A stretch of 62,928 bases of DNA, the filler included, from Octopus bimaculoides (lineage: Eukaryota): NCBI RefSeq assembly GCF_001194135.2. It is 5 parts of 4 records of this genome, joined end to end, with 100 filler letters (N's around TTAATTAATTAA, not from the genome) between each part and the next. Parts side by side here need not be neighbours in the genome. Positions count along the whole stretch, not along the records: positions 36,946 to 39,965 come from NC_068982.1; positions 40,066 to 62,928 come from NC_069000.1; 3 more parts are not named here. One strand, 5' to 3'. The position numbers were made by a program, and so were the translations under genes. The notes below the pieces were generated by a model. That model made no database searches, was not told the DNA's origin, and saw nothing but the letters and a program-made list of their open reading frames with translations. This document shows positions 37,379 through 50,734 of the stretch, piece by piece. Each line of letters opens with the position of its first letter. The stretch's first letter is position 1.

Positions 37379-37908
37379 CGAGAACATATCATTAAATCAA
37401 GGCGATCACGAAGCGAAGTCATTCTGTGCAGTCACATCAGAGCATCTCTGGGAAGGTGTAAATGATAATTCAAAAAGTGGATTAATACTATCAAAGAATA
37501 AATCGATACTATCAAGTCGGATCTTGAATTGATATCTAGTCCTCGTATATACAGTGTTTGCCGTTGGAATCGCAGCAAGTTGATCCTCTACACATCAGAC
37601 GTCGATGACCATCAAACGAGGTCGACTTCTGTTCCTGTTGTATATACACTGGCTGGAGTTCCGGATGAACACTGATACGTGATAAAAGGGCAAAAATCAC
37701 GATGGAAAAGAACATTAAGAAAATTGAGAAAATGAAATATGGGTTGTATGTTCAAACTTGCTAGTGTTATTTCGTTGTAATTATTAAGTGAGATTTGTCC
37801 CTTGTTTGTTTCACACCACAGAAATCAGAATTGAGCCCAAGGCTTATTTTAGCTTTTTGATGCATAAAAGGATTAACTCTACTAATCATACTGCGAAGTG
37901 AAAACACT

Positions 37909-38165
37909 CCACGTGTATCCTCCTACTCTGTTTAGTCCATTCTCTATGCAGAACAGGAGGATACACGTGGGATAGAAGAATCGTTGAAGAGGTCATAGAT
38001 GTATGACGAAAGATGTCCAGACAATGGACATAGGAAGTGAAAATAGTTCTGTTTAGTCCATTCTCTGAGCAGAACAGGAGGATACACGTGGGAAAGTAGA
38101 ATCGTTGAAGAGGTCATAGATGTTTGACGAAAGATGTCCACACAGTTGACATAAGAAGTGAAAAT
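37909..38165. repeat. 121-bp tandem duplication preceded by a 16-bp perfect inverted repeat
   Basis: Units start at 37926 and 38047. CCACGTGTATCCTCCT (37909-37924) pairs with AGGAGGATACACGTGG (37955-37970). Confidence 0.9.
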
Positions 38166-38878
38166 TTGACGCCGGGCAAAATGCTTTCCGGCAATTCATC
38201 CATCTTTAAGTTCTGAGTTCAAATTCCGCCAAGGTTGACTTTGCCCTTCATCCTTTTATGGTCGATATAATATGTACCAGTTGAGCACTGGCAGCGATCT
38301 AATTGACTTGTTCCCCTTCCACTTAATTGCTGCCCTTGTGCCAAAATTTGAAACCGATATTCCTTGGGTAACAAACATTTAACAGAAATCTAGTAAATAT
38401 GTAATCTAAAACTCCATTAAAGTTTCTAATATTTCTAGTTAGCAAAGCGGTGACCTGGCAGAAGCATTAGCACGCTGGGCGAAATGCTTAGCGGTATTTC
38501 GTCTGTCTTTGTGTTCTGAGCTCAAATTCCGCCGAGGTCGACTTTGCCTTTCATCCTTTCGGGGTCGATAAGTTAAGTACCAGTTACGCACTGGGGTCGC
38601 TGTAATCGACTTAATCCCTTTGTCTGTCCTTGTTTGTCCCCTCTATGTTTAGCCCCTTGTGGGCAATAAAGAAATAAGAAACGTTATCACACCGGGCGAA
38701 ATGCTTAGCGGTATTTCGTCTGTCTTTATGTTCTGAGTTCAAATTCTGCCGAGATCGACTTTACCTTTCATTCTTTCGTGGTCGATAAATTTAGTATCAG
38801 TTGCGCACTGGATGGATCTAATCGACCGGCCCTCTCCCTGCAAATTTCAGGCCTTGTGCCTAGAGTAGAAAAGAATAT
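38165..38878 (+). mobile_element. Cluster of three SINE family C copies
   Basis: Heads at about 38165, 38447 and 38685. Confidence 0.85.
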
Positions 38879-39688
38879 TTCTAGTTAGCAATACCTTACA
38901 TTTCACGTTTTACAATTTATCTTTGTGACTAACTACGTTTACTTGATAGAGCCACGAAAGCCACGTAATTTAAATAAATTGTCATTTCCTGTGACATGCA
39001 ACATAAAACATCATATAAGATACGTGAAAATGCCTTTATTTTATTTATCTTTTTATTGTCAAGAGGATTAGATGAAGCAACACAATGTAGCTAGATTTTA
39101 ATGAACGAAAATATTGCAAGTGAGAGGGGAAATAACCGTTAATAGAAATTACATTTTGAAAGTAAATAAATCAACTGGATTGGTATAAGGGAAGTAACTC
39201 TAAATTTTTTTCTAATCAACTTGAAGGAACTTATCTTAGAATAAATATGGAAAATATTCATATTACCGATGGAAGCACTATTGATGCCGAATGGCAGTTT
39301 TTATATCCTACTTAATGTGTAATTTAGTATCACACACTTTTCTCATTCTCTGACTTGTATTCATATATGGAAATTACCAAAAACCAGTTGAGAATTAAAT
39401 TAATTGCTAAGTCTACTTGAATTGCAGAACATCCTAGCAACAATAAGCGCATTCCGGTTATATTAAAAAAAAAATAACGTTTATGCAAAGTAAATAAATA
39501 AATAAATAAAAGCTTTCTCCTAGAGCATGGGATGAAACAGTGCACAGAATAGAATTTTTTTTTATAAAAGCCGTTTTTAACTACAGCTCATGTCATAGTT
39601 CAGTCCCACTGCGTGACACCTTGGGCAAGTGTCTTCTACTATAACTTCGGAGAGGATTTGGTAGATGGAAACTGAAGGAAGCCCGTTA

Positions 39689-39905
39689 TACGAGAGGTAC
39701 AAGATCCGGGCTACATATGTTTCATTGCGGGCGGAACTTCAGAAGTGGTAAAAATCCTTACGACAATGTAACCTTTAATTTAATCAAGATAGCCTTGGTC
39801 TGAAGAGTAGCCGGCGGTATACACCTCGCTTTGATTTTTACCACTTTTGAGGTTCCGCCCGCTATGAAACATATGTAGTCCGAATCTTACCTACTCCATT
39901 CCGTA
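39689..39905. mobile_element. mariner-type MITE with ~56-bp TIRs, inserted at the TA of a SINE A copy (39585-39688)
   Basis: aagatccgggctacatatgtttcattgcgggcggaacttcagaagtggtaaaaatc (39701-39756) is inverted at 39833-39888; TACG termini. Confidence 0.85.
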
Positions 39906-40645
39906 ATTCTTGTATTCTTATTCGCACATCCAGCAACCCTGGTCGCCTACCGTGGAATATAAAAANNNNNNNNNNNNNNNNNNNNNNNNNNNNNNNNNNN
40001 NNNNNNNNNTTAATTAATTAANNNNNNNNNNNNNNNNNNNNNNNNNNNNNNNNNNNNNNNNNNNNTGTATGCATGTGTGTGTGAATGTATGTATATATAT
40101 ATATATATATATGGATGAGTGTGCGCGTGGGTGCGGGGAGTCATGTGTGTGTGTGTGTGTGTGTGTAAGTGGTATATATATGCATGTACATGAGTACGTA
40201 CATTTACAGAAACATGCGTTAGCGTTTGTGCTAAATATCAAGATATGTTGGCAAGAGAATAGAAAGTAGAGTAGCATTATTGTATATTATATATATTTAT
40301 TACAATCATTATTACTACTGCTTATCGTATTCAGTTTCCGTGTTCGTATATTGACAGCCTGTCTCCTGAGAAGTACATAGGAACGCTTGCGTGCAGTTCT
40401 CTTGGCCCACAGGCGTTAGGCATGTTACCTCCATGAAGCTATTTAGTTTCCATGCAGTTTACGACCCTTGGTTGTCATTTTGTTCCTGGTTTCCTGTACA
40501 TTATCATGTCATTCGTCATTTATTCACTAAAATTCTACCTTTACTTCCTGTTTATTCTACAATTTGGCATTTATGGGGTGTAATAAAACCTGAACATACT
40601 CTGAGTTCGCACTATACTGCTTAAGTTTTGACTCGTCTCACTTTT

Positions 40646-40713
<68 letters not shown>

Positions 40714-40714
<1 letters not shown>

Positions 40715-41000
40715 GCGCAGGTGTGGCTGTGTGGCAAGAAGCTTGCTTCCAAGCCACATGGTTCCGTGTTCAGTCCCGCTGCATGGTACCTTAGGCAAGT
40801 GTCTTCTGCTATAGCCTCGAGCCGACCAAAGCCTTGTGAGTGGATTTGGCAGACGAAAACTGAAAGAAGCCTGTCATATATATGTGTATATATGTATATG
40901 TTTGTGTGTCTGTGATTGCTCCCCCACCATTGATTGACAACCGATGTTGGTGTGTTTACGCACCCGTAAATTATTCGCTACAATTGTTTCGGCGAATAAT
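40714..41000 (+). mobile_element. SINE family A preceded by (GATA)n
   Basis: ggcgcaggtgtggctgtgtggcaagaagcttgcttcc...gacgaaaactgaaagaagcc, internal TA/TG microsatellite, then body. Confidence 0.85.
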
Positions 41001-41984
41001 AAACAAATGTCCAACCGTACTCCTCCTTGTTGACTACAACTTCTTCAGTTTTATATTCACATGCGACAAATGCCCAAATTTAAACTGAGAAGTATAAAAT
41101 AATACCACCGATACTACTGGGTAATTCTGAAGGTGGACGAGTTCTATACTGTACTCTACCACGTTCCTAACGGAACATAGCATNNNNNNNNNNNNNNNNN
41201 NNNNNNNNNNNNNNNNNNNNNNNNNNNNNNNNNNNNNNNNNNNNNNNNNNNNNNNNNNNNNNNNNNNNNNNNNNNNNNNNNNNNNNNNNNNNNNNNNNNN
41301 NNNNNNNNNNNNNNNNNNNNNNNNNNNNNNNNNNNNNNNNNNNNNNNNNNNNNNNNNNNNNNNNNNNNNNNNNNNNNNNNNNNNNNNNNNNNNNNNNNNN
41401 NNNNNNNNNNNNNNNNNNNNNNNNNNNNNNNNNNNNNNNNNNNNNNNNNNNNNNNNNNNNNNNNNNNNNNNNNNNNNNNNNNNNNNNNNNNNNNNNNNNN
41501 NNNNNNNNNNNNNNNNNNNNNNNNNNNNNNNNNNNNNNNNNNNNNNNNNNNNNNNNNNNNNNNNNNNNNNNNNNNNNNNNNNNNNNNNNNNNNNNNNNNN
41601 NNNNNNNNNNNNNNNNNNNNNNNNNNNNNNNNNNNNNNNNNNNNNNNNNNNNNNNNNNNNNNNNNNNNNNNNNNNNNNNNNNNNNNNNNNNNNNNNNNNN
41701 NNNNNNNNNNNNNNNNNNNNNNNNNNNNNNNNNNNNNNNNNNNNNNNNNNNNNNNNNNNNNNNNNNNNNNNNNNNNNNNNNNNNNNNNNNNNNNNNNNNN
41801 NNNNNNNNNNNNNNNNNNNNNNNNNNNNNNNNNNNNNNNNNNNNNNNNNNNNNNNNNNNNNNNNNNNNNNNNNNNNNNNNNNNNNNNNNNNNNNNNNNNN
41901 NNNNNNNNNNNNNNNNNNNNNNNNNNNNNNNNNNNNNNNNNNNNNNNNNNNNNNNNNNNNNNNNNNNNNNNNNNNNNNNNNNNN

Positions 41985-43260
41985 GTACGTGAAGAATTCT
42001 TCCCACTTCACAGAATTGATCAAGGATACCCCCATTGAATCCAACCAGATGGTGAGACTAGATGTGATAAGTCTGTTCACCCCAAAGTCCCAAATGGTGA
42101 AGCACTATCGGTGATTCAAGAAAAACTAGTGACAGACAACCATCTAAAAGAACGCACTAGTATACCAATTAGAAACCTGACGGAAATGTTGACCTTCTGT
42201 GTAGAAACTACCTACTTCAGTATGGACACTGATATATATCGACAAGAAGAGAGTTTAGCTATGGGTTTGCCATTATCACCGATAATAGCCAATATATACA
42301 TGGAATACTTTGAAAATTTGGCTTTAGGATCAACACCACTAAAACCAACTCTATGGCTGCGATATGTTGATGACACCTTTATACTCTGGCCCCACCAAGA
42401 GGATGTCCAAGTGCTGTTAGATCATGTGAACTCAATAAAGCCATCCATACAGTTCACAATGGAAAAGGAAAAAGACAATCAGCTAGCATTCCTGCACATA
42501 TTAATAACACACACCAAGTATAGATTCAGGACATCCGTATACCGCAAGTCGGCCTTCACTAGAGAATACCTCAACTTCAATTCCCACCATTCATACAGTG
42601 TAAAGAGAGGGATTGTGCAGTACCTAAAACATCGAGCAAAGAATATAAGTAGCGACACACCACGAAGAAATGATCAAGCTCAGTAACAATCTATTAAGCA
42701 AGAACTACCCCAAAAACATACTATCCACTCCAATTATAAAGAAAGAGAGTATGAAACCAATGAACTATCCACAGTCTGTCTACCTTATGTGAAAGGCCTC
42801 TCTGAAAAAATACAAAAGACATGCAGCCCATATGACATCAGGACAGTATTCAAAAGTAATACAAAACTTCGCATATATCCTTCGAGTAAAGCCACCAATA
42901 GAAGAGAATGTGACCAAAGACTGCGTGTACTCCATCCCATGCAGCTGTGGTAGGTTATACAAAGGCGAAACATTTCGCCCCCTCAAAATAAGGGTAGACG
43001 AACGTTGCAAAACTGTGACACGGGGAGATATTGATAAATCAGGTATAGCTGATCATGTACGGAAAAATGGAGACCACCTCCCCTTGTGGGATGAAGTTAA
43101 AATAATAGACAGAAAACACCACTGGAAAACCCAAAAACTAAAAGAAGCAGCACATATGCTAGGATGCAACAACTTCCTAAGCAGACCGAGTGCAGATATG
43201 AGTAGCATATGGAAACTGGTATTAAGGAAGGATAGGAAGATAATAGATTTTTAGGCCCTA
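41985..43260 (+). mobile_element. Penelope-like element (Poseidon-type): RT plus GIY-YIG endonuclease, decayed
   Basis: LDVISLFT, YRQEESLAMGLPLSPIIANIYME, WLRYVDDTF, QFTMEKEKDNQLAFL, VYRK; then CVYSIPCSCGRLYKGET.R..KIR..E, SGIADH, LKEA. Confidence 0.95.
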
Positions 43261-43261
43261 A

Positions 43262-43358
43262 AATTCACTCCATAATTGCCCACGGGCATATGGCGTAGTG
43301 GTTAAGAGCGCGGGCTACAAACCCCAAGATTCCGAGTTCCATTCCAGGCAGTGACCTC

Positions 43359-43390
<32 letters not shown>

Positions 43391-43580
43391 CAACAATAAT
43401 AACATCGAAAAACATCTTAGGAATGAGAACCCAAGTTCGAAATTTCCCCAAGACACCTGATAAAGGCTGGAGTGTATATCATCCGAAATGTTGTGTTAAC
43501 AAGCAAGATGATGACAAATATCCGTCAAATGTAAATAATGTAAATAATGTACATAATTCCTCATCTCTTAAATATAGAAC
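43262..43580 (+). mobile_element. Penelope 3' terminal module: tRNA-like head, (TAA)n, hammerhead-like motif
   Basis: A-box TGGCGTAGTGG (43291), B-box-like GAGTTCCATTCC (43334), TAA run (43359-43400), CTGATAA-A-GGCTG..CATCC-GAAATG...CGTC (43457-43526). Confidence 0.55.
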
Positions 43581-43734
43581 TGTGTTATTTCTTCATACAT
43601 CTTCGTGGATGGAGATTTCAATTCAAATTGAATTTTAGCTAGTGGTCTTGGATGCTGTTCTGGAAATAGCTAGATGTCAACTTTTCAACCCCACTGGAAC
43701 TAGGTCATAATACTATTTTGGAAAAGAAAAAAAT

Positions 43735-44525
<791 letters not shown>

Positions 44526-44829
44526 TCCACAAGTAATACTGGCGTGTTTCAATGAACAGAATAAGATATCCTACATCAGAAAGTTAAAAAAATGTTCAGA
44601 CAGTTTGTACGGTATTTAAAACAGAAGATGAAGAAAGGTAACAATCCCAGCAAACACGACACAAACCGTTCATAGACTGATGCTTGATTACATGGTTCGA
44701 TAAAATACCAAAATAATAGTGATAGTTATGGATTACGGCATCGATCTATGGCTGTTATTTTTTCCATACAATATTGCCTGATAATCAATGAGGAAGTGAT
44801 AGAGAATGACATGTATTTGGGAGGGTTAC

Positions 44830-44990
44830 CATGACTTTACATGTCCTGATGATACCCGAGGACTACGTGACAATACAGGAGCTGTGTCTCGCTACGAGAC
44901 CTAAGGGTGAGGTAATAAAATTGACAATCCAGTTAAGGAAAACAAGATGCTACAACTGTAACAGTAAAAACTATTGAAAAAGTTTTAACC
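44830..44990 (+). mobile_element. Possible LINE ORF1/gag zinc-knuckle remnant
   Basis: LMIPEDYVTIQELCL...KLTIQLRKTRCYNCNSKNY* (CxxC, degenerate H/C). Confidence 0.3.
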
Positions 44991-45689
44991 CTACAGAATT
45001 GGAAAGGCTATAACAGAAAGTGAAAAGCTGCAGCAAATTCAGTAAAAAGATGTCAAAGATGACAAGTAAAACATCCCTAAAGTCCTTCCACACAACGAGG
45101 TCCGACCTCAACCCTTTCATCATGTAATGAGAATAAGGAGTAAATGCAAGACTAGCAAGCATTTTCAACCAGTATGAAACCCAGAAATAGGAATGAAGCC
45201 TCTTAATGGGAAAAAAAACGTAGTCCGAGACAATGCAGTTAAAAAGTGTGAGAAAGAACAAATCCCGCCTACCCCTACCACAGAAGGAAGAAGAGAGAAG
45301 AAAATAGAGGCGGGGGCCCAGTTCTCATCCCTTCNNNNNNNNNNNNNNNNNNNNNNNNNNNNNNNNNNNNNNNNNNNNNNNNNNNNNNNNNNNNNNNNNN
45401 NNNNNNNNNNNNNNNNNNNNNNNNNNNNNNNNNNNNNNNNNNNNNNNNNNNNNNNNNNNNNNNNNNNNNNNNNNNNNNNNNNNNNNNNNNNNNNNNNNNN
45501 NNNNNNNNNNNNNNNNNNNNNNNNNNNNNNNNNNNNNNNNNNNNNNNNNNNNNNNNNNNNNNNNNNNNNNNNNNNNNNNNNNNNNNNNNNNNNNNNNNNN
45601 NNNNNNNNNNNNNNNNNNNNNNNNNNNNNNNNNNNNNNNNNNNNNNNNNNNNNNNNNNNNNNNNNNNNNNNNNNNNNNNNNNNNNNNNN

Positions 45690-45749
45690 AACGGAAGGGT
45701 GATCAACGGAAGGGTGATCAACGGAAGGGTGATCAACGGAAGGGTGAGC
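45690..45749. repeat. 15-bp minisatellite AACGGAAGGGTGATC, probably extending into the gap
   Basis: Four visible units next to a 355-nt N run. Confidence 0.85.
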
Positions 45750-46182
45750 AAGGAAAGAGTTATTACATGTGTATTGTTATTGAACTTTGGTATCAGTTTC
45801 CCACTCGTATATTGGTGCGTTGACACCCAGGTATTCTTTTTTTTTTGCCTTTTAAATGAATACCTGGTTTTTAATATATGTCTTTTTATATATAATTGTA
45901 TATTTTGTGTAATTATTCTGTGTGATTTTTAAAAACATTATTATCATGTAAATATTTCGTAAAACGTCTTCTAGCTTCTCTCTTTTTATACATCTTTGAT
46001 TAGTTCTTCCCTACAAACGGCTTGAAATGCTTCACCACTACTATCCCTATGCATGTTCGTTGTATGAACATATGAATGGGGCGCTAGTGGCAAATAAAGA
46101 AACAATTGTTATCAGTTTCAACAACGTAATCATTATAAAAGAAAAAAGAATAAAGAAATCGTCATCATCATCATTGTTATCA

Positions 46183-46218
<36 letters not shown>

Positions 46219-47182
46219 GTTGTTGTTGTTATTATTATTTTTTTTTTTTTTTTTTTTNNNNNNNNNNNNNNNNNNNNNNNNNNNNNNNNNNNNNNNNNNN
46301 NNNNNNNNNNNNNNNNNNNNNNNNNNNNNNNNNNNNNNNNNNNNNNNNNNNNNNNNNNNNNNNNNNNNNNNNNNNNNNNNNNNNNNNNNNNNNNNNNNNN
46401 NNNNNNNNNNNNNNNNNNNNNNNNNNNNNNNNNNNNNNNNNNNNNNNNNNNNNNNNNNNNNNNNNNNNNNNNNNNNNNNNNNNNNNNNNNNNNNNNNNNN
46501 NNNNNNNNNNNNNNNNNNNNNNNNNNNNNNNNNNNNNNNNNNNNNNNNNNNNNNNNNNNNNNNNNNNNNNNNNNNNNNNNNNNNNNNNNNNNNNNNNNNN
46601 NNNNNNNNNNNNNNNNNNNNNNNNNNNNNNNNNNNNNNNNNNNNNNNNNNNNNNNNNNNNNNNNNNNNNNNNNNNNNNNNNNNNNNNNNNNNNNNNNNNN
46701 NNNNNNNNNNNNNNNNNNNNNNNNNNNNNNNNNNNNNNNNNNNNNNNNNNNNNNNNNNNNNNNNNNNNNNNNNNNNNNNNNNNNNNNNNNNNNNNNNNNN
46801 NNNNNNNNNNNNNNNNNNNNNNNNNNNNNNNNNNNNNNNNNNNNNNNNNNNNNNNNNNNNNNNNNNNNNNNNNNNNNNNNNNNNNNNNNNNNNNNNNNNN
46901 NNNNNNNNNNNNNNNNNNNNNNNNNNNNNNNNNNNNNNNNNNNNNNNNNNNNNNNNNNNNNNNNNNNNNNNNNNNNNNNNNNNNNNNNNNNNNNNNNNNN
47001 NNNNNNNNNNNNNNNNNNNNNNNNNNNNNNNNNNNNNNNNNNNNNNNNNNNNNNNNNNNNNNNNNNNNNNNNNNNNNNNNNNNNNNNNNNNNNNNNNNNN
47101 NNNNNNNNNNNNNNNNNNNNNNNNNNNNNNNNNNNNNNNNNNNNNNNNNNNNNGGATGTGTAGAAAGAAAAATATTACTCAC

Positions 47183-47224
47183 TTGTCGGAGATCATCTGG
47201 AGTAGCGGCGCTGTCCACAGGCAT
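47183..47224 (-). CDS. Candidate short first coding exon (MPVDSAATPDDLRQ) of an unidentified minus-strand gene
   Basis: caacATG start context, 14 codons, then a gtgagt donor (phase 0). A CpG-containing stretch lies upstream (47380-47460). No homology recognised. Confidence 0.25.
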
Positions 47225-47664
47225 GTTGAAAGTGCACAATAAATCCTCTTAGAATTGAATACGAATGACAGAAACTGTTCGTTGGCTCATGACACTGCTT
47301 AGTATAAGGTAATACCAGTTTCGAGAGGAACACGTCAGTTCTTCAACAGCAGGTACTTACTTCATATATACATTGATTTTCATAATGTTAGAACCCTGCC
47401 ACCTACCGTCTAAACACTACGAGTACTGCTCGCCAAGAAATTTCCCTGCCGCCGCCGCACCATGTGCGTGCATACGTACTTATGTACATACATACACACA
47501 TACAAACAGACAGACAAGCAGAGAGACAGATAGAGAGGCAGACAGACTTAAATATATACATCTACACATGCTCTCACATGCATACACGTTTGAATAGATA
47601 CATACGAATACATACATACATGCATGCATATATGTGTGTGTAAATGTGAGTGTGGGTGTGTGTG

Positions 47665-47702
<38 letters not shown>

Positions 47703-47714
47703 GATGTGTGTGGA

Positions 47715-47747
<33 letters not shown>

Positions 47748-48266
47748 CTACATGCTTACAAATATCATGTTTACATACATACATATATACATACGTACGT
47801 ACGTACGTACATATATAAATACATACATACAGACAGACAGACAGACATATCTTTGCATGCTAATGTCCTTATATATTTGTATACATACATGCGTATGTAT
47901 GTATACATCAACTCAGTGTGTGTTGTAAGGTGACGGGTGGGGAGCTAAATTAAAAGTGCTCGTGTCTTGTCGGGATGTTGGCAATTTCAAGATCACCTGA
48001 CGTGATTGCTCCTCCCACCAAGATACTCCAAAGTTGTAGAAAAATATCTTTTGGTTAGTAAAAATAGGACATTCTCCTGAAAAATTACAGATTTACCAGG
48101 CTGTTTCAAAATACGTGTACGTATTTCCAATAAAGAACTGGGTTAGTGTTAGTCTAGAGAAAGGTGGCGTTTGTCTAGTGTTATTTTTGACTCGATCAAA
48201 ACGTTGCCAACTTTCTGATCGCCAACTTTCTGATACTTCGTGCCTGTTAAAAAAATAAACGATGAT

Positions 48267-48770
48267 TATACAGAGTGACCGTAAAGTCTGGGTACATAGG
48301 CTAAACTGCATATTTTCAATAATTCTATTCAACTACATTAAAAAATAACATTTTTAACATGGTTTCCACCACATGTTATCCAAGTTCGATGCGGCTTGCG
48401 AGATTCACATGAATCTGATTCAGTACGTCCACATTTCCGTCAGTTTGAATTCATTCAGATGATTCATATCTGTGATTTTCATTGAGTGCGCTCTCTCCTT
48501 CACATGCTCCAGAAAAAGAAGTCAAAGAAGCCTATTCCACACGACCATCATTAGTGATGTTAGTGGATGTTAGTAATATTTCTAAAGTATCGAGATTTTA
48601 TATTCCCTTGGAGTAACAGAAATTATGAGATGAAGATCTCACTTCGGGGTACATGGTCAAAGTTACGTTAGTCGCCCTGCAAAAGACATACATTGATCCG
48701 ATCAGCTGGCAGATAATACCGGGGTGTAACTGTAAAGAATAGTGACCTGTCATGGAAGATAAAGACGGGT
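48267..48770 (-). mobile_element. IS630-Tc1-mariner transposase C-terminal remnant with TIR
   Basis: TA-CAGAGTGACCGTAAAGTC terminus. Minus strand gives DFFFW..VKERAHSMKITDMNHL...IHVNLASRIEL...GGNH; upstream GII...IGSMYVF. Confidence 0.65.
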
Positions 48771-50734
48771 GGAGGATCAAGGTCATGTGAATCCAAACAA
48801 GCCTGACCTGATGAGGATGAGGAGGAGGAGGAGGAGGAGGACGAGGAGGGGGAGGAGGACGAGGAGGAGGACGACGACGACGACGACTAGAGGTGAAGTG
48901 GAGATGATGGTAATGATGATGNNNNNNNNNNNNNNNNNNNGGAGGGGGAGGAGGACGAGGAGGAGGACGAGGAGGAGGACGACGACGACGACGACGACTA
49001 GAGGTGAAGTGGAGATGATGGTAATGATGATGGGCCTATAGACTAAAATATCAACTAACCGATGTAATATATTTCTTTCTGCTCACTTCAGTATCAATTT
49101 TTGCTGTTGCTCAGCCACAGGAAAAAAACTTAAGGGGCAGATCTGTGATTTAAGCTTATCCAGCCATGACCATTTCGTCTTTTTGTTTACCAGAGACTGC
49201 ATTATCCAATATGTTATCCTTTAACTTTTAATTCTTTTAACAGTGGGTTATGATTTTATCTAGATTTGGCTGCTATCTTTAGCAGCTCATTGACCGCGTA
49301 GTAATTACTTTGTTGTAAAGAGATATGATGTGAGACTTTAATTTGTATAACTTCCAATTATACACTTACTAAATTCTTGCAGTGGGTAACAGAATCGTTG
49401 AGGGTGAGCAAAAATGCTTTGTGGCATTTAGTTACTTTCATTTTCAAATCCAGCCGAGATCGATTTTTATCTAGCATTCTTCCGAAGTCCAGTGATAGGG
49501 TCGATCATTATTTTTACTGTTAAGCCACACCAATCATCCAACTTCTATTTAAATGGATGGTCTTTCTCTCTTAGAACTCAAAATGGTTATTAATAGACAC
49601 TGATTGACACGCAAAACCAGTATAGCTTGGAACAAAGTACCTTGCGATACTTAGTTATGTCTCTCATACTTCGAGTTAAAACGCTGCCAAGGTCAACTTA
49701 ACCTGTCAATCTTTCGGGCTCTATAAAATAAGTAACAATCGAGTACTGGAGTCGGTTTAAACGACCAGTCCCTCCTCGTCAAATTTGTCACCTGATATCT
49801 ATGGGTAAGGTATGCCTTACAAGTGCAAGATGATTTGATGCCACCCGTATACGGAAAGCTAGTGTTAATATACACTTATAAAATAATTGCCGATCAGCGA
49901 CTCATATCAAGAATGCTATGAAGCGTAACCACTTATGTTTTAAAATACTCGCCAACATCGCCAATGAAGTGACCCCTTAAAAAGACATTTAGAATGGAAT
50001 GTATTAAATAAGAAATAATGTTAATGTTGAGGACATTATGCCAGACTTTTCGTATCCAAAAATCATGAAGAAAAGTGGTATGCCCTCAAGTGGTTATGTA
50101 AACTGATCCTTGAAACTACAGGACCTTTCTTCCTACTTGCGCTTAGTAGTTTTAAAGTGAGAGTTAGTCCGTGCAATTCGGTCCCACTTGGAGGTCTGAC
50201 CACAGTGATTCAGCGGGCTAAAATAGCAAGCTCTTGGTTTTTATATTAGAGTGGTCTTCTAAGTGAATTGCCTCACAAGGCTGTGAATTGTCGAAAGGGT
50301 GTCAAAGAGAACGCTGAACCGCACAACGGGCCCCACTTCTTGATTTGCTATCGAAGTAGACTGCCCTAGCCTTTTCCTTTCCCAAGATACTCACAATGCA
50401 GTGACGGTTTTTGCTTAGAATTTCTTCCAAAACATACTAATTAATCTATCGCAGCAGCCCTGACAGGTGAAACTACTCCGGATTAGAGCAGACCTGGGAA
50501 TAGTAGTGGTCAAGTGGTGACTCCACACTTCTCAAAAACCTGGAACTCTCGAATCAGGGTCCCACTACTGCATGCAGTTTAAAGTCATTCTCAGAACAAT
50601 ATGGAGACATAACGATAGTTATGTGGGATGCTGATATCCCCGTAGATCCCTGTGATTAAGGTGGTATTTATGACAGTAGAAGGGGGAGTAAGTGAGAAGG
50701 AGTGGTAAACTCCGATCCAAAACTGGCAACCCCT

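Noticed and set aside
37926-38165. Repeat-spacer (CRISPR-like) interpretation of this and other tandem repeats
   Set aside because: Units are contiguous duplications without unique spacers, the context is animal DNA, and there are no cas genes.
40458-40624. Possible claudin exon 2 (acceptor, then FYDPWL...)
   Set aside because: DPWL resembles the expected motif, but the in-frame continuation is not a TM helix and ends in a stop with no donor.
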